From Balanoglossus misakiensis (Eukaryota > Animalia > Hemichordata): 64,000 bases of DNA. Each line of letters starts with the position of its first letter. Positions within the stretch are counted from its first letter, which is position 1. Positions 61,401 to 64,000 of the stretch are shown here, piece after piece. A program made the position numbers and the translations under genes. The stretch is from assembly GCA_040954595.2 (NCBI GenBank), contig CM082577.2, positions 11,503,654 through 11,567,653 of the forward strand. The letters run 5' to 3'. Under the pieces are notes generated by a model, which was given only the letters and a program-made list of their open reading frames with translations, was not told the origin of the DNA and made no database searches.

Positions 61401-62263
61401 AACTCAGAGTATTGGGGACGTGCAAGAATAATGGATAATTATATGCGTTTCGAAGATTAGCATATAATTACTATCTATTCGTTACGTAAGTGAATTCCGT
61501 TGATTGGTATTCGTCACAGGTGTTCGTACGTATATATAGTGTGAGAAGTCCTTTGTCTGTCAGTCTCGGTTGTCACTCCACGATGGCTACAACAGCAATT
61601 TTTGTAATAATGTTTGATGTCCAATTTCCTCAAGTAAGCTTATTGGTTATTGAAATTTGCATGGACGTATTTAAGTTCCTAGTTCATGAGTAGATCCTTT
61701 TGTATGTAGCAGTGCTTTTTTCTTTCTTTATTTTCGTGATACTGAAGTTTGATGTCGAATGTAAATCTAATGTCCTCAAAGTAAGCGTATTAATTATTGA
61801 ATATTTCATGGATGCTGTACTTATAACTTATAATTCAATTGTAGATCATTTGTATATAACAATGCTTCTGTAAGGGGGGATCATGAAATAAAAGTGGTGG
61901 ATATGGTGGGGGGTACACAGTACTCGTGGGGTATAAGACAACCACCGCATGATACCGCATTTATTGTGTTTTGTCTTAATTTCTTAGTATGATCTAGTTT
62001 AGTATAGATCTGAAATGCATGGATATTCTCCTCCGTTTTCAGTAATTACTGCATGGAATTATTTATTCAAGGATGATAGAAAATGCATGCTTTCTATCCG
62101 TATATAGAATAGAGAACACTGATCATTAATCAAGTTACATTTTCTTGCTGATTGTTTTTCGAAGCCCACACTGATGTGCGATTTCACAATATTACAAATT
62201 GAGAACCGTAAACACTGTCTGCGCTGTCTGATAATGAGAACGTGATAATCAGCCGGACAATGT
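61401..62263 (+). other. Putative terminal exon / 3' region of pentraxin gene B
   Basis: Homologous to 2556-2913, with about 580 bp of extra sequence (61431-62010). Confidence 0.5.
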
Positions 62264-62750
62264 CACCATTCCTGTACAATTTTGTGCATTGTGATAATGT
62301 TTCTTATTTGTTTTGTTTCGTGGCCAGGTGCAACTATGTTGATTTCTTTATTTAACATATTAGCGTGACCAGGTGTTAGGTTGCGGTCGTATAAAAGCCA
62401 CCCAGTGCCACGTTGTCATTTTGATTCTGGTCTGGTAGCTGTGCCGTCGCCTTGGAGGAGTTTTGGGAGCTCACCGTACGGACTTTGAATGTCGACTGTG
62501 GTAGCTGAAGATTGACACTACCGAAGGGACTTGGTGAAGCCGTGATGGATGTTTTCGAGGAAGGCGCGTGGAATTTGGGAGCCGTCCTGAGGGAGCGCGT
62601 CTCCGTCTCACTGTGGAACTGCATTTGAGGTAATACGTGGCTGTCTTTAATTGTACCCAGAAAGGCCAGAATTGTTGTGCGTCGAGTGAAAGGCCAGTAT
62701 CGTCGTGCGTCGAGTCACTGAACTGTTTGTGAAACTTTGAACTTGTAAAA
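62261..62750 (+). mobile_element. Possible LTR fragment
   Basis: GC-richer block starting TGTCAC exactly where homology to the gene A 3' region ends. Internal TATAAAA near 62390. No second LTR or TSD seen. Confidence 0.35.
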
Positions 62751-63272
62751 GTAGATTCTGGTTTTGTCCCTCCTTTTCACCCAAGCTAGTGTCTTTTCCC
62801 GATCTCCGACACTGATAATGGTCGCCGCCATCTTCTCTGTTGTTAGGACAGAGCACTGCCTTATGGGATTGGCTGTTCACTAAACGTCTGTAACCAGCGG
62901 CTACAGTTGGAACATGCATGTGAGACGAGCTACCCGGTTTAAATGGACCATTCTGAGTTACAAAAAATAATGAAAACTCAAACATGTTTATTTTTTGTTT
63001 GGCACAAGATGAGGTTATATTGCCCCCATTAAAACAGATTTTTTACAGGGGGTATTAGAAAGGGCGTTAAATTCCATTTGCCAACTTCAAAGTAATGCGG
63101 CTCGCTTATATAAGAACCTAGGTTACTGAAGCGATCAACTTGAATAGGCAGGCCTGTGGCAAACTTTAAACACCCTTTTAAATCCCATGGTTCCGTGAAA
63201 GCAAGCATATTTGCATGGCTTGCAATAACCTAAGGACAGCGGGGAAAAGAATACGTTCAAAATGGTATGGCT
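62750..63272 (+). repeat. Right half of the 52213 MITE plus the unit-start repeat (copy of ~52337-52867)
   Basis: Same MITE-to-flank junction gagacgagctacccg.tttaaatggaccattctgagtt as at 52508-52545. Confidence 0.85.
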
Positions 63273-64000
63273 TTCTGCGCTGTCTGATAATGAAATCTTG
63301 ATCGTCAGACAAAATGTCGAAATTTCTATACAGCTTTGTGCATAAACAATCTTTCATATTGCCGTCGAATTGAATTTTCAATGCATCCACGTTCAGTACA
63401 CTATCAAACACAATGGTCGATGTGTTCAGATTAAATGCACATACAAAAATATTTTCTTACCAGCAGAGAGGATAAAGTTCTTGTCGTATAGTGGAGAATA
63501 AAAACGACGGAACTTCTGCGTTGTGAGAACATTGCAGTGACTCAACAACGGCAGTGTGTCATGTGACCGTGGCGGCAATTACAATGATTATCAAACAAAT
63601 GGCTGCAACTTGATGTCACATTTCTGGTGTTAATTTGAAACACAAAATGGCCTGGGAATTGTTGACTGGTTTTGTGCCATGTAGATTTTAATATTCGGTC
63701 ATGTGCGGGCGCTCCGGCAAGTCTTAGTCCCTTTAGTCTTAGGTCTTAGGCGGTGAGCCAGAGCGCCCGCACAGGACTGAATCTTTCAGTCTAATCCACT
63801 TGGTAATCATCACCCTAACATCAGGCAATGAAAGTTATATTTTGTTTTTATATTTTATATTTTGCAATAGTTTCGACAATCGTCTACCAAAGATATTTCG
63901 TATAATTTCTCCAACAATGCTAACAGAGGACGCCTTTTGCCTTTCACATCAACCAACAAGTACCGGTCTCTTGATATGAAGATATGACAAATAATCACAC

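Overview
Eukaryotic, AT-rich, intron-containing animal DNA. The gene and repeat content suggests an invertebrate deuterostome such as a hemichordate or echinoderm (inference only). Most ORF-track entries are microsatellite or antisense noise, so the genes below were rebuilt by hand from splice sites. (1) The 3' end of a tandem pentraxin-domain gene (142-2250, +). (2) A complete 13-exon, 523-aa CYP3-clan cytochrome P450 (15026-3630, -) whose introns carry a 4-kb foldback element and a 1.2-kb long-TIR MITE. (3) A 5'-truncated L2-clade LINE. (4) A small single-pass membrane protein gene with cytoplasmic Tyr motifs (about 20765-22197). (5) An orphan ephrin-receptor-like plus truncated EGF exon pair (32156-32545). 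(6) A tandem segmental duplication (about 35992-53135) holding two intact genes for a secreted protein built from a signal peptide, an angiopoietin-like CSYTFxLP motif, a coiled coil and an EPTP/EAR beta-propeller; a third copy at 18421 has exon 1 only. (7) A type II membrane protein gene: TM, Thr-rich stalk, Cys-containing domain and 3 pentraxin domains (54612-61402). Many MITEs are present, several with an empty site in the paralogous unit. The strongest lead is the angiopoietin-stalk/EPTP family, whose paralogs differ mainly in predicted propeller loops, like a diversifying recognition protein.
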